A stretch of DNA of 63,933 nucleotides, filler included, from Octopus bimaculoides (GCF_001194135.2; 3 parts of 3 records of this genome joined end to end with filler, not necessarily neighbours in it), one strand, 5' to 3'. Shown: positions 38,720 through 54,159, counted from the whole stretch's first letter. Notes: generated from the letters alone by a model not told the origin. Numbers and translations are program-made.

Positions 38720-38905
38720 GTGGGGTGGGGGGCGTTAAGGTGATTACATCGATCCCACTGTTTCACTGGTGCTTAATTTATCGACCTGAAGGGTGAAAGA
38801 CAAAGTCGACCGCGGCGGAATTTGAACTCAGAACGCAGCGACGGGTGAAATACCGCAAAGCATCCCGTCCAGCGTACTAATGATTCTGCCAGCTCACCGC
38901 CTTAT
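38720..38905 (-). mobile_element. SINE family B
   Basis: GGTGCTTAATTTATCGACC...AAAGTCGACCGCGGCGGAATTTGAACTCAG...CCAGCTCACCGCCTT. Confidence 0.8.
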
Positions 38906-39974
38906 GTGCACATGTTATCAATCTCGTATATTCATCTAACCGTAGAATAGGCACAGGTTTGAAATTATTATAAATTTATGAACTCGGGAGTGCACACATC
39001 CACGTCTACACTTATGTATAAATGCAAATGAATCTACACACACGTGCGTATGAATATATACGTATGTGTGTGTGTTTGTGTGTGTGTGTGTGTTGTGTCT
39101 GTGTGTTTGTGTGTGTACGTGTGTGCTTGTGTGCGTACGTGCGCGCCTGTTTGTGTGGGTGTGTGTGTGTCTGCGTGTACATATCTATTGGGAACATAAA
39201 TGAAAATATGTGTGTTTGTAAATATATATGTTTGAATATAAACATAAACACAGATATATATGCATATTCATATAAATATAGGTATATATATATGTATGTG
39301 TTTACATATAAATATATATATATATANNNNNNNNNNNNNNNNNNNNNNNNNNNNNNNNNNNNNNNNNNNNNNNNNNNNNNNNNNNNNNNNNNNNNNNNNN
39401 NNNNNNNNNNNNNNNNNNNNNNNNNNNNNNNNNNNNNNNNNNNNNNNNNNNNNNNNNNNNNNNNNNNNNNNNNNNNNNNNNNNNNNNNNNNNNNNNNNNN
39501 NNNNNNNNNNNNNNNNNNNNNNNNNNNNNNNNNNNNNNNNNNNNNNNNNNNNNNNNNNNNNNNNNNNNNNNNNNNNNNNNNNNNNNNNNNNNNNNNNNNN
39601 NNNNNNNNNNNNNNNNNNNNNNNNNNNNNNNNNNNNNNNNNNNNNNNNNNNNNNNNNNNNNNNNNNNNNNNNNNNNNNTATATATATATATATATATATA
39701 TATATGCGTATACATAGATACACACGCACATCCAAACACGTATATTCGTATATCAAATGTGTTTCAACATGTCACTGATGTCACTGGTTGTTACATCACT
39801 TATTATTTACTGAGATCGTTGAACTGACAAAAATCTAAAACAGTTTTCTTCTACAGCAACTGCCATCGGTAAGCTTCCTATTATTAATAACATCAACCTG
39901 TCCAGGCTGAGTAACCGTATGCCTTAATGAATCTATCATTGGCCTTAAATATGACTTCAATTTCTGTCACAAGG

Positions 39975-40655
39975 GCCAGTAAGATCGAGGGAGGGCGAAA
40001 ATAGATTACATCGACCCCAGTACACAACTGGTACTTAATTTATCGACCCAGAAGGGACGAAAGGCTAAGTCGTCCTCGGTGGAGTTTGAACTCAAAACAT
40101 AATGACGGATGAAACGCCGCTAATCATTTTTCCCCGCATGCCAACGATTCTGCCGGCTCGCCGCCTTAAAATAATAACATCGTGTATAGAATAATAATAA
40201 TCTTTTTTCTAAAAAATAATACAAGACCTGAAATTTTGGAGGTGGGCAATAGTCGATTACATTGCACCCAGTGTTTCACTGGTACTTAATTTATGGACCC
40301 CGGAAGGATAAAAGGAATAGCTGAACTCGGCAGAATTTGAACTCAGATCATGAAGACTGAAGAAATGCTGCTAAGCATTTCACCCGACGTGTTAACAGTT
40401 TTGCTAGCACACCGTTTTTGATATCGAATAATAAGAATAATGGATTCAAATTTTAGCACAAATCCTGCAATTTTAGTTGAGGGAGTAAGTCGATTACATC
40501 AACCACAGTGCTTAACTGATACTTATTTAATCGACCCCAAAAGGATGAAAGGCAAAGTCGACCACGAAAGGGTTTGAACATATAGCGTAAGGACAGACGA
40601 AATGCCTCTAAGCATTTCGCCCAGCTGTAGTAAGGATTCTGTCCACCGCCTTATT
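39975..40655 (-). mobile_element. Three head-to-tail SINE family B copies (~39975-40170, 40195-40425, 40440-40655)
   Basis: Three successive GATTACAT...TACTTA.TTTAT.GACCC...TTTGAAC units. Confidence 0.8.
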
Positions 40656-41806
40656 TGATTTTAATATTGTCAACAATACCTCTCTCCTACCTGTGTGATG
40701 GGCGTAGCCTATTTAAATCTGAAGGTATCTAACCAATAGAAACTTGGTGTGAGACAAGCAATGTAAAATTAATTGGTGGCAGTCAGAAATAATTGGTGAA
40801 TTGTTAGTTCACATTACTTTTAAGTTTCACACAAAAAAAGGAGGAAACATATTTGTTAGAATCGTTGTCGTTTTTAGCAGTGGCTTAGTGTTTCTTTTGA
40901 CCGCTATCTTCCTTAAAAGTAACATGTCTTTTAACTGCAGTAAACACAGACCATAAAGTGGCCACTACATGCGGCCCGTGCACCCACACAGCCTGTGCTC
41001 AACCACTACGGTTTTGCTGTTATTTTATCCATACTCACGCAGATCAAGGACATTCCATCGTACCTATCTGAACTTTCTGCATATAAGGGACTATATTGCC
41101 TAATGTCCTTTGTCATTTTTAAGTTTGAGTTGAAGGACATCTGGTTGCTGATATATCTGCCACGTCAAGGCGACCACGTAATACCGAAACATGCCTAGAG
41201 TTGTCACCCTATTTTCCAAACATCAGACTCAATCCACATTATTCAAGTTTTAAACAATTTAGACTTTGAAGTTATCCCCCTTTGTTTTCTTGATAAATAT
41301 AAACATTAACGCTAGTGATTTTCCGTTATTCGTTACAGTTGTAATTTTAATCAATACATATTTTGAGGGAGGGGGGCATTGGTTAATACATAAAATGTGT
41401 TAGCTTTCAGTTACTTATGTCTTCACAAACGAAAACTCCGGTAACATTTTTTCCATGCCATTGTACATATGGCAGATCAAAACGAAACACATGTCTACTG
41501 AGTCAGGCCTAAACTACAACAACAACAACATTAACAGGATGACAACGCCAATAAGAGCAGCAACAAGAATGACAACAACAGCGATATCATGGTGAATATG
41601 TTTATGGGCGTTTTATTGATACTAATTTCTGTATATGAACGTACGTGCAGGAATATATACGCCCGACATTGTTCATGTTATGGAGAAACACACCATTTGC
41701 AGGGTAATACACGAAACTACATCAAATTCAAGCTACGTATAGATATCACATTATTTATGCGATAACACATAATTCTTATGATATATAGGCATATACATAA
41801 GTATGT

Positions 41807-41882
<76 letters not shown>

Positions 41883-42924
41883 TGTGTGTGTGTGTATTTG
41901 TGTATACATATATGTATATATATATATATANNNNNNNNNNNNNNNNNNNNNNNNNNNNNNNNNNNNNNNNNNNNNNNNNNNNNNNNNNNNNNNNNNNNNN
42001 NNNNNNNNNNNNNNNNNNNNNNNNNNNNNNNNNNNNNNNNNNNNNNNNNNNNNNNNNNNNNNNNNNNNNNNNNNNNNNNNNNNNNNNNNNNNNNNNNNNN
42101 NNNNNNNNNNNNNNNNNNNNNNNNNNNNNNNNNNNNNNNNNNNNNNNNNNTATATATATATATATATATATTTGTATACGCACGTATATGTTTGAATATG
42201 CGTAAATATATGCCCGCTGGATTCGTCGGGTGTTGTGCAGGAAACTTAATTCGTAGGCTGATGTTTTGTTCGTTGTGTGGGTTTGTGGATGTGTGGGTGT
42301 ACGTGGCATATTTTCATGTTTTACACGAAGAATGTAAAAGGAAACACATGTTATATTTAACGATTTGCGCGTGTCAGTTAATTGGATTTCATAATCATAT
42401 AGCTCTGTGCCGTTATTGCAATGTTACTGCACAGCTGCTAGTTTCAGACAATACATATGCACAGGCAAGCACCAGTTTATCATATGTATATATGCATATA
42501 TAGTTCTTCGCTTTATAGATACTGTTTGTAAATTTCTAGATTTGTGGCTATAAATTAATACTATTTTATATTAGATTGGTTTTTGTATAATGCGCATATT
42601 ACTCTTACATTCCGCTGCTGTGGCTTTGTCTATCGAATGTCAGGTAGCGTTTATGTTTTTAACGTTGTGGACACCACTGGATTGAATGGTACGGCCAAAG
42701 GTGTCGAAACCATTGTGATGTATGTTGGACAGCTGACGATGAGAATGTGTGTTTGATATGCTTTTTTGTGAATCTTTTTATCTTGGGATTTGTCCTTCAT
42801 TCTCGTAAGTTTGAACATGTTTGAGACTCCATGGTTTATGGTAATTACGTATATTCATATTGCTTGATTGACTTAGTGGATAATCTAATCAGGCTAAGAT
42901 AATACTTAGTTGATGGTTTCTAGT

Positions 42925-43500
<576 letters not shown>

Positions 43501-43973
43501 AGGTATTGGGTCCATCCAGATCCCTACAACTTATAAAGCTGGATGGAAATTAGTGTCTTCCATGGCGTTTAAAGGACAGGTTACAACACTCTCTCCTGAA
43601 TGGAGCACCGATTAGTCGCAGGGGTGCATATGTACACACATCATTTGAATACGTATGTACAAACAAGAGGTTAAACCAGCACTCAATATCAGATAAACCA
43701 CGCGGCAGAGAACTGTAACATGGTATTGTTCACCATAAAATATTGGTATTAAAAATCAGTGTTGCGAATAATTTCCTCTCCCTAATCGAAAAATATTTCC
43801 CGGGAGGCCAAACATTCCTGTAGATAGTCAGGAGGCGGTTTTATGGTGAGCTAAAGCGGCAAGTATGTCTAATATCTTTAGACATGAACCAAATCACAAG
43901 GGAAGCATAGCGACGAGAGCCTATACGCAATTGTCGAAACGGCTTTTCCCTCAACGATAAATGTTTAGGAAGT

Positions 43974-44363
43974 GGAGGCGCAATGGCCCAGTGGTTAGGC
44001 CAGCAGACTCGCGGTCGTAGGATCGCGGTTTCGATTCCCAGACAGGGCGTTGTGAGTGTTTATTGAGAGAAAACACCTAAAGCTCCACGAGGCTCCAGCA
44101 GGGTGTACTGGCGAACCCTGCTGTACTCTTTCACCACAAATTTCTCTCCGATTCTATCTTCCTGTTTCTGTTGTGCCTGTATTTCAAAGGGCCAGCCTTG
44201 TCACATTGTGTCACGCTGAATATCCCCGAGAACTACTTTAAGGGTACACGTGTCTGTAGAGTGCTCAGCCACTTGCACGTTAATTTCACGAGCATGCTGT
44301 TCCGTTGATCGGATCAACTGGAACCCTCGACGTCGTAACCGAAGGAGTGCCAACAAAAAAAAA
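43974..44363 (+). mobile_element. tRNA-derived SINE family D (full length)
   Basis: A-box TGGCCCAGTGG (43984-43994), B-box GTTTCGATTCC, body shared with 15336-15605, A-rich end. Confidence 0.85.
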
Positions 44364-45298
44364 TGTTTATGAAAATTTTTGCATACTGTAATGATTTCGC
44401 TCCCTGAAAGACATACACAATGGCCATAAATAGCACACCTTCAAAAGTTTCTTACATCTCACAATCAACTTTGGCTTTCATAGGTATCGCGGAATTAACA
44501 CAACATTATCAAAACTCTATCGAGAGACAAAGGGGAGATCACCAGCTTCTATTGTTATATAGGTCACTTGTATGTAAGAACTACCAAACTTCTCCGAGCT
44601 ATATGCAGCTGAGAAACTCCACATCACTAATCGTTCTATTCTTATTTTAAATGAAAACAGGTGACGTGTTGCCGACATATACCAAAAATCTTCCCTGGGG
44701 AATTAAAAGAAGTGTTCTTTTATGTATGACAAACAAAAGCTGACGATCTACAACGCCATCCCTTTTCTTTCTTTTCCAACCTGTTGACATGTGTAATCGA
44801 ACGAAGGTCATTTGAACAAAATCTTAGTCCAGTTTTTAAAATATCCGTTTACGTTACATAAATATACATAGATTTGACTCTAGACCCTTCCAGCTGAATG
44901 CGCTGTTCAGCACTTTTATGTTTTTGTAGCCAAATATAAATAAAAGCTATGTAAAGTAAAATAAAAACGCCCACAGATATACATGTTGACACAAGTGTGG
45001 AAACACACATGTGTATGTATATGTATGCATTTGTGTGTGTGTGTGTGTATGTGTGTGTACGTCCCTATGAACGAGCGCGTGTTTATGATACCTGATTGTG
45101 ATAAGAATGCAAATGTTTGGAAGGTACTATGTCGATAAAGAGCGAAAAAGTGATGAAAGAAAGCAGAAACAGCAACAACAATCAAAACAAATACATCTCA
45201 ACTTCTTCAGTGGGCTTCCGGCTTCCCTTACAATGGATTTTATTGATTCGCTCAATGCCCTCTCCAAGTTATGTAACAACAGAGAAAGAGAGAAAAGA

Positions 45299-45363
<65 letters not shown>

Positions 45364-46748
45364 NNNNNNNNNNNNNNNNNNNNNNNNNNNNNNNNNNNNN
45401 NNNNNNNNNNNNNNNNNNNNNNNNNNNNNNNNNNNNNNNNNNNNNNNNNNNNNNNNNNNNNNNNNNNNNNNNNNNNNNNNNNNNNNNNNNNNNNNNNNNN
45501 NNNNNNNNNNNNNNNNNNNNNNNNNNNNNNNNNNNNNNNNNNNNNNNNNNNNNNNNNNNNNNNNNNNNNNNNNNNNNNNNNNNNNNNNNNNNNNNNNNNN
45601 NNNNNNNNNNNNNNNNNNNNNNNNNNNNNNNNNNNNNNNNNNNNNNNNNNNNNNNNNNNNNNNNNNNNNNNNNNNNNNNNNNNNNNNNNNNNNNNNNNNN
45701 NNNNNNNNNNNNNNNNNNNNNNNNNNNNNNNNNNNNNNNNNNNNNNNNNNNNNNNNNNNNNNNNNNNNNNNNNNNNNNNNNNNNNNNNNNNNNNNNNNNN
45801 NNNNNNNNNNNNNNNNNNNNNNNNNNNNNNNNNNNNNNNNNNNNNNNNNNNNNNNNNNNNNNNNNNNNNNNNNNNNNNNNNNNNNNNNNNNNNNNNNNNN
45901 NNNNNNNNNNNNNNNNNNNNNNNNNNNNNNNNNNNNNNNNNNNNNNNNNNNNNNNNNNNNNNNNNNNNNNNNNNNNNNNNNNNNNNNNNNNNNNNNNNNN
46001 NNNNNNNNNNNNNNNNNNNNNNNNNNNNNNNNNNNNNNGTGTTCTCCATATAGAACACACTTCGAAGTGCTCAAGAGATTTGAACTTGAGCCCGTAGATG
46101 AGTAAATATAATGACAAGCAAATCAGGCAATTCGATATTTAAATACATTAAGAATATTAAATACATTTAATAGAAAAAAAATGTACATGTGTATGGATAT
46201 AAAATAGTCCGACTTACAGAATATAAACGGTATCAGAAGTTAAATAGGTAGACTTTTACGAGCCCAACAGCTGTTTCTAGGGGCTTGGATGTCCGGAAAA
46301 ATAGTTACTTGGATCCTTTATCGGATAATACCACCTCCGTCTTCAGCAGAGAATTTTACATTGGAGAATTTTGCATTTATGTATGTGTGTATGTATGTAT
46401 GTATGGATAGATGGATGGATGGATGGATGGATGGATGGATGGATGGATGGATGGATGGATATGTATGCATGTATGTATATACGTATGTATGCATATGTAT
46501 ATATATATTTTTTTCTAAATATCTCGACTAGTTTCACCTGCCTTTTACCGCTCCTATAATGGTTTTAATTATATTTCACCTTCACACATGACGCACACAC
46601 ACACGCACTAACACGTACACACACACGCGCGCGTGCGAGGAATGGAGAGAGAACGTTAATATTATTACTACTTGGGGCATGTATACTGTATATGTTTTTG
46701 CACGCGTCTGTGTATACAGAAACGCATATATTATAAGACTACACGTTC

Positions 46749-46825
<77 letters not shown>

Positions 46826-47481
46826 TGTGTGTGTGCGTATGTGTGTGTATGTGTGTGTGTACTCCAAAACCCCAAATAATATATTAAGAGATTCACTCTT
46901 CGTCTTTGTTCAGTTCACATAGACATAAGCTCATAGCACCGACTAAATATTAAGTTGTAATAGATTTACAGTGATTAAATATTTCTCTTATTTCTACAAT
47001 ATACCGCCTGCCATCTATTTAAGCACCATATTTCCCACGTAAAACATTCTAAATGATATTTAATTATATTTCTAAGATAGTTATCAGTGCTGAGAGACTG
47101 GTTCGCACTTCTGCAAGCAACTGTTGTACAAAGTGTTACTAAACGATTGTTTAGCAACACCTGAAGAGGCGAAAGGTTACCGAAACATTTGATCGACGCC
47201 TAAGGTATCTTGTCGAAAATATTCTATATTCTCTGTTTGTGATAGCTTTGTCGTTCTTTGTATTTGTTAATACACATAGAGAAAATGTCATACCACCAAG
47301 TACCTATAAAGTCATTGTACACCCTCAATCATTAAATAATTTGCTTAAATGATATAGAAACAAAATTGTACTATTTAGGTTCATGTTCCTGGAGCTGTTC
47401 TCTCTTTCTCTTTCTCTTTTTCTCTCTGTATATGTGTATATGTGTGTGTGTGAAGTGAGAGGGAGAGAGCGAGGGAAGATA

Positions 47482-47888
47482 GTCTTTTACTTGCTTCGAT
47501 CATTAGACTGAGGCCTTGCCTGGGTACCGCTTTGAAGAATATTTTAGTCGAATGAATCGATATCTATGCTTAATTTTTAAACCTGGTGCTTATTGTATGG
47601 GTCTCTTTGGCCGAACTGCTAACTAACCGGGACGAAAACACCAACATAAATACACACACACACACGCACAAGCATACACACACACACACATCACACTCGC
47701 ACACACACACGCACAAGCATACACACACACATATATATATATACGATGGGCTTCATTTCACTCATAAAGCTTTGGTCCGCCCAAGGCTGTAACAGAAGAC
47801 ACTTGGCCGAGGTTTCACTCAATTGGACAGACCCTGGAATCATATGACTGGGAAACAAGCTTCTTATCACACTGTCATGCTTGTACCT
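47482..47888 (-). mobile_element. SINE family A, diverged
   Basis: TTTTACTTGCTTCGATCATTAG...GATGGGCTTC...AAGACACTTGGCC. Confidence 0.7.
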
Positions 47889-48073
47889 ATTATATTTATG
47901 TTCATTTTCTTTATCAAATTAATATCCAAAAACAATTTCACATTAAACTGAAGGATTACTCGGAATTTTTAAGGGGAATACATATTTAGTAAACTTTTAC
48001 AAGAAGACGGAGACACAAACATCGAGGATTCAGCCTATGCACACACACGCGCGCGTGCATGCATATCAACATA

Positions 48074-48301
48074 TTAGGTTGTCCGGAAAGTTCGTGCCGA
48101 TTTATAGTAGCTTACCTTTCGATTTATTTTCCACGAAATCACCCGAATTCTGGGAAGAGGGTATTTTCAGGTTAAAGGAAAGATGGAGACGCTTTGTGCA
48201 ACAAAATGGTTCATATTTGGTTGATTAAAAATGTAACGCTAAGTATTTATTGGCTTTTGTCTTTCCTTTAAAGATCGGCACGAACTTTCCGGACAACCCA
48301 A
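48074..48301 (+). mobile_element. Internally deleted mariner element (MITE-sized, 228 bp)
   Basis: ~30-bp TIRs TTAGGTTGTCCGGAAAGTTCGTGCCGAT / ATCGGCACGAACTTTCCGGACAACCCAA, TA TSDs, residual transposase C-terminus FWEEGIFRLKERWRRFVQQNGSYLVD*. Confidence 0.9.
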
Positions 48302-48947
48302 TACTATTTCATCTGGCATTGTCTGAGGATTATCACTGATGCGCTACTGTATATATCGGCAGTATGAAACCAAGATAACTAAATAGTTAAATAACCGACA
48401 TTCTACCAACGCTGGTTGAGGAGTCTTTATTCAGGAATATAAAACAATCTAGTAAGTTAAAACAATATTTTTTTTTTGTTTCTTACAAGCGGACATAAAG
48501 AATCATTACGTATTCAAAGAAACGACATAAGTCGACATGAAAAATACTAAACGACAAAATGAAATATAGAGGGGGGAAAAAATCACACACACACACAACA
48601 CACACACACACAACACACACACATTTACATATGCACACATATGTACAGATGCATATGAACATATATCTTTCTGCTATTTCTCTCTCTCACTATCACTCTC
48701 TCTCTCACTATCACTCTCTCACTATCACNNNNNNNNNNNNNNNNNNNNNNNNNNNNNNNNNNNNNNNNNNNNNNNNNNNNNNNNNNNNNNNNNNNNNNNN
48801 NNNNNNNNNNNNNNNNNNNNNNNNNNNNNNNNNNNNNNNNNNNNNNNNNNNNNNNNNNNNNNNNNNNNNNNNNNNNNNNNNNNNNNNNNNNNNNNNNNNN
48901 NNNNNNNNNNNNNNNNNNNNNNNNNNNNNNNNNNNNNNNNNNNNNNN

Positions 48948-48986
<39 letters not shown>

Positions 48987-49184
48987 CCTACTTCTCTTTT
49001 AGTCTTTTACTCTTTCACTGGCAATCTCACAAACTAACTCACACTAACCCTCAAACCTAGAACCACACAAGCCAACTCATATTCACCGTTACAGATCTCC
49101 TCTTCCCTTCCCTTTTCCCCCTTCAGTTCTGCGGCAACCACGCAGACTCTCTCATATTTACAACTCTCCCTCTCCCATCTCTCT

Positions 49185-49225
<41 letters not shown>

Positions 49226-49751
49226 TCTCTCGTTAACTCTCTTCGGAAACTTCGCAAACCAATTCGTACATGTTCACATACAACTTTCTCTCTCTGTCTC
49301 TCTCTTTCCCCTCTTGCTTCCGGCAAACTTACAAATTAACTCCCACTTCATCCTGCGCATAACACTCCCTCTCTCACTCTAGCTCTCTCCTTCCTTCCTT
49401 CTTTCTTTCCTTCCTCCTTTCTTTCCTTTTCTCTTTCTTCTCTTTCTCTGACGCTCGCTCTTCGAAAACCTACACTCAAACTCTCTCGTACTTCCTTACA
49501 ACTCCCCCCCACTTCTCTTACTCATCTCCGTTCTTGTTTCTTTCATTCTCTTGACGTTCACTCTAAATGGACGAAAATATGTGATATCAATAACACTAAC
49601 TCCCAGTCAGAGACTCGCATTCTCATACTGACTCAGGTATACTTTGACTCTCAGAGAAACGCGCACAAATATACAGCTTACTCTCCAACCAAACGAGAGA
49701 ATATCCATATCGAGGCAAGACTTGTTGAAGACCAGAACCATAAACTCTTTA

Positions 49752-49984
49752 TACGCTTTTACTCTTTTACTTGTTTCAGTCATTTGACTGCGGCCATGCT
49801 GGAGCACCGCCTTTAGTCGAGAAAATCGACCCCAGGACTTATTCTTTGGATGCCTAGTACTTATTCTATCGGTGTCTTTTGGCGAACCGCTAAGTTACGG
49901 GGACATAAACACACCAGCATCGGTTGTCAAGCGATGTTGGGGAGGGGACAAACGCAGACACACAAACACATATACACACATACA

Positions 49985-50017
<33 letters not shown>

Positions 50018-50053
50018 GTATATATACATATATACGACAGGTTTCTTTCAGTT
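49752..50053 (-). mobile_element. SINE family A, truncated by N gap
   Basis: High identity to 741-1000. Confidence 0.85.
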
Positions 50054-50799
50054 NNNNNNNNNNNNNNNNNNNNNNNNNNNNNNNNNNNNNNNNNNNNNNN
50101 NNNNNNNNNNNNNNNNNNNNNNNNNNNNNNNNNNNNNNNNNNNNNNNNNNNNNNNNNNNNNNNNNNNNNNNNNNNNNNNNNNNNNNNNNNNNNNNNNNNN
50201 NNNNNNNNNNNNNNNNNNNNNNNNNNNNNNNNNNNNNNNNNNNNNNNNNNNNNNNNNNNNNNNNNNNNNNNNNNNNNNNNNNNNNNNNNNNNNNNNNNNN
50301 NNNNNNNNNNNNNNNNNNNNNNNNNNNNNNNNNNNNNNNNNNNNNNNNNNNNNNNNNNNNNNNNNNNNNNNNNNNNNNNNNNNNNNNNNNNNNNNNNNNN
50401 NNNNNNNNNNNNNNNNNNNNNNNNNNNNNNNNNNNNNNNNNNNNNNNNNNNNNNNNNNNNNNNNNNNNNNNNNNNNNNNNNNNNNNNNNNNNNNNNNNNN
50501 NNNNNNNNNNNNNNNNNNNNNNNNNNNNNNNNNNNNNNNNNNNNNNNNNNNNNNNNNNNNNNNNNNNNNNNNNNNNNNNNNNNNNNNNNNNNNNNNNNNN
50601 NNNNNNNNNNNNNNNNNNNNNNNNNNNNNNNNNNNNNNNNNNNNNNNNNNNNNNNNNNNNNNNNNNNNNNNNNNNNNNNNNNNNNNNNNNNNNNNNNNNN
50701 NNNNNNNNNNNNNNNNNNNNNNNNNNTATATATATATATTTATATATATACAGACAGACAGACAGACTGACTGACTGACTGATTGATTGATTGATTATT

Positions 50800-50840
<41 letters not shown>

Positions 50841-51578
50841 GTTGTTAGTTGGCCCGAGGGTGAGATAACGCGCAGTGGATGAAAGTCAGAATTATATCGG
50901 CGTTGAATAATGCATACATACATACATACATACATATATACATACATGCATGTGTGCGCGCTCGTGTATACATACACACATACATACATCTATATATGCA
51001 CACTCGTATGTACACATACACACACACACATGCATCATCTTATAGTCTATTACATTATTATTGTAACAGTCGTTGAGTTTTGATAATAAAAATATTAGAA
51101 GTACGTAATTGTCTCTCGTTGTTAACAGGAAACCTGATGATGTGCTTTCTAGAATATTTGTTAGACTAAAACTGCTTTTATAGAAGCTTTGATTAAAATT
51201 GTGAAGAAATGCTGGACAAAGTGATGGACGGAGAGCTATAGCAAAGATGACATCAATAAATTAATGCACACGTAAATATGCAAATAGATTTCATTCTTCA
51301 TTCCCCTTTTAAGGAGAGAGAGTGATTTGTATTGACAATGTTGGAGACATAAAATATTGGAATAAAAGTGATATATGACCATCATTTCAACGGTTATTTA
51401 TTTTCTTTCTTTAGTTTGTGCAATATTCTAAAAGAAGTTGTTAACAGAATGAGCTACATTTAATAAAACTGTATAACATTTCAAAGCAAGAAACCTTGTG
51501 CAAACATTTGAGCATTACCGGATAACATAGCAATATCTAAACAAAGCGCTCGATACAAAATATAATCTTATGATACAT

Positions 51579-51613
<35 letters not shown>

Positions 51614-52094
51614 NNNNNNNNNNNNNNNNNNNNNNNNNNNNNNNNNNNNNNNNNNNNNNNNNNNNNNNNNNNNNNNNNNNNNNNNNNNNNNNNNNNNNNN
51701 NNNNNNNNNNNNNNNNNNNNNNNNNNNNNNNNNNNNNNNNNNNNNNNNNNNNNNNNNNNNNNNNNNNNNNNNNNNNNNNNNNNNNNNNNNNNNNNNNNNN
51801 NNNNNNNNNNNNNNNNNNNNNNNNNNNNNNNNNNNNNNNNNNNNNNNNNNNNNNNNNNNNNNNNNNNNNNNNNNNNNNNNNNNNNNNNNNNNNNNNNNNN
51901 NNNNNNNNNNNNNNNNNNNNNNNNNNNNNNNNNNNNNNNNNNNNNNNNNNNNNNNNNNNNNNNNNNNNNNNNNNNNNNNNNNNNNNNNNNNNNNNNNNNN
52001 NNNNNNNNNNNNNNNNNNNNNNNNNNNNNNNNNNNNNNNNNNNNNNNNNNNNNNNTATATACATACATACATACATACATACATACATACATAC

Positions 52095-52412
52095 ATACAT
52101 ACATACATACATCATGGCTCTCCCGTCGTCAGACGATGTTTGAGGGTTCGGCAAACTCTTGCTGAACAACCACACAGAAGATTTTTTTTTACAGAGGTTA
52201 AATGTTTGTGTACACATAAGCTCTCTCCCTGCATCGAATCGTCTTTACCTGCATAGGTGCACCGTGTGCTACATTTCAGAAGACGTAGTGATCGCAGAGC
52301 AACGTGAAATGAAGTGCTTTGCTCGAGAACACAACGCAACGCCCGGTCTGAGAATCGAAACAACGATTTCGCAATTGTGAGTGCAACACCCTAACCACTA
52401 AACCATGCCCCT
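52095..52412 (-). mobile_element. SINE family C
   Basis: GAGCAACGTGAAATGAAGTGCTTTGCTCGAGAACACAAC...CCCTAACCACTAAACCATG. Confidence 0.75.
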
Positions 52413-52739
52413 TCATATATACATATATATGTGTGTGTGTACGTATGTATATATGTATGTATATATATATATGTGTGTGTGTAAATGGCATGTGAACTCT
52501 GGAAAAATTCTTGAATCCTTAGATTATCTCCTCTTCTCCACTGGAGGTCTTAATGCCATTGAAGAAAAGACCGGGCTTATTGTCGGGCGACGACAGTTGA
52601 AGGCATGTGTTTGTGGCTCAACGAGAATGTTCTAATCATTTTTATGAGTCTAAGTTTCTTGGATACTTAGAGATTACGTCGGATAATAGTGGTGTTTATA
52701 AAAGTTCTCGCTCTCTCCCTTCCCCTCTCTCTCTTTCCA

Positions 52740-52792
<53 letters not shown>

Positions 52793-52811
52793 CTCTTTCT
52801 CTCTTTCTCTC

Positions 52812-53105
52812 TAGTGAGTTCGATTCCCGGACCGAGCAGTGTGTCGTGTCCTTGAGCATGACACTATATTTCATGTTGCTCCAGTTCCCTCAGCTATAGA
52901 AATGAGTTGTGACGTCACTGGTGCCAAGCTGTATTGGCCCCTTTGCCTGTCCCTTGGGTAACATCAGTGGCATGGAGAGGGGAGGCTGGCACGCATGAGC
53001 GATTGCTGGTCTTCCATAAACAACCTTGCTCAGACTTGTGCCTTGGAGGGGAACATTCTAGGCGCAATTTCATGGTCATTCAAGACCGAAAGGGGTCTTT
53101 ACACT
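52812..53105 (+). mobile_element. SINE family C (5' truncated)
   Basis: GAGTTCGATTCCCGG...TCCTTGAGCATGACACT; similar to 25625-25895. Confidence 0.8.
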
Positions 53106-53886
53106 TTACCCCCTATATATATATGTGTATATATANNNNNNNNNNNNNNNNNNNNNNNNNNNNNNNNNNNNNNNNNNNNNNNNNNNNNNNNNNNNNNNNN
53201 NNNNNNTATATATATATATATATATAATACAAATAATATGTGAGTATATGCATATATACGTACATGTAAATCTCATATATATATATACGGGGATGTAAAT
53301 ATACCAGTACCGGTGGTCACAAAGACACACACACGCACACGCTCACGCACGCACATGTATGTACATTTGTATATATTAGCACTATACATTTAAAGGAGGT
53401 GCTTTCTCAAGACGAATACCGCAGTTTTGTGTCTGACTACAGTATATCCATCATATATACATTATACAGAATGCTAATCTTAACCAATACTGCTTCCGAC
53501 GCTAGCAATTAACTTTTATCCAGTCTGTCAGTTATTTGCAACATCAGTGATTTGCTAATAAGGTTTTCTACATCAACGGCTAAATTTATCTAAGAATGGC
53601 CGCAGCCTCAAGGATGAAACGTATAAAGAATAAAAGAATAATAGTGAATACTTACTACTAATGATTTCGCAAGACGCATGAAGTCTAGAAGAAGCAATTT
53701 CACTGCTATTGCTGCACGCTGTTCGTCTGTTACTGATATGTTTCTGTGGTTTTCAGCAATATACGTCTGCATGAGATGTATTCTCAAGTCAAATACCACA
53801 GTTTGTGGCTCTCTACAGTATGTCCATTTTAAGTAAGATTTACAGAATGTTATTCTGAACTAATACTGCTCCCCGTCGATAATAAC

Positions 53887-53916
<30 letters not shown>

Positions 53917-53921
<5 letters not shown>

Positions 53922-54103
53922 TTTACTTGTTTCAGTCATTAGACTGCAGCCATGCTGGGGTACCACCTTCAAGAATTTTTAGCCGAATGTATCGACCTAA
54001 GTACTATTTTAAAGCTTATTACTTATTCTATCGGTCACTTTGGCCGAACCACTAACTTACGGTTAGACTAACACATCAGCACCAGTGTCCAGCGGTAGTA
54101 GAG

Positions 54104-54159
<56 letters not shown>

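Noticed and set aside
43974-44045. tRNA-like sequences with A/B boxes
   Set aside because: They are SINE heads continuous with repeat bodies; no complete cloverleaf, so not called as tRNA genes.
47155-47215. CTGAAGAGG...CCGAAAC hammerhead-like core
   Set aside because: No NUH triplet in register and no stem I pairing; at best a dead relic. Similar failures at ~46310-46350 (minus) and ~21630-21670 (minus).
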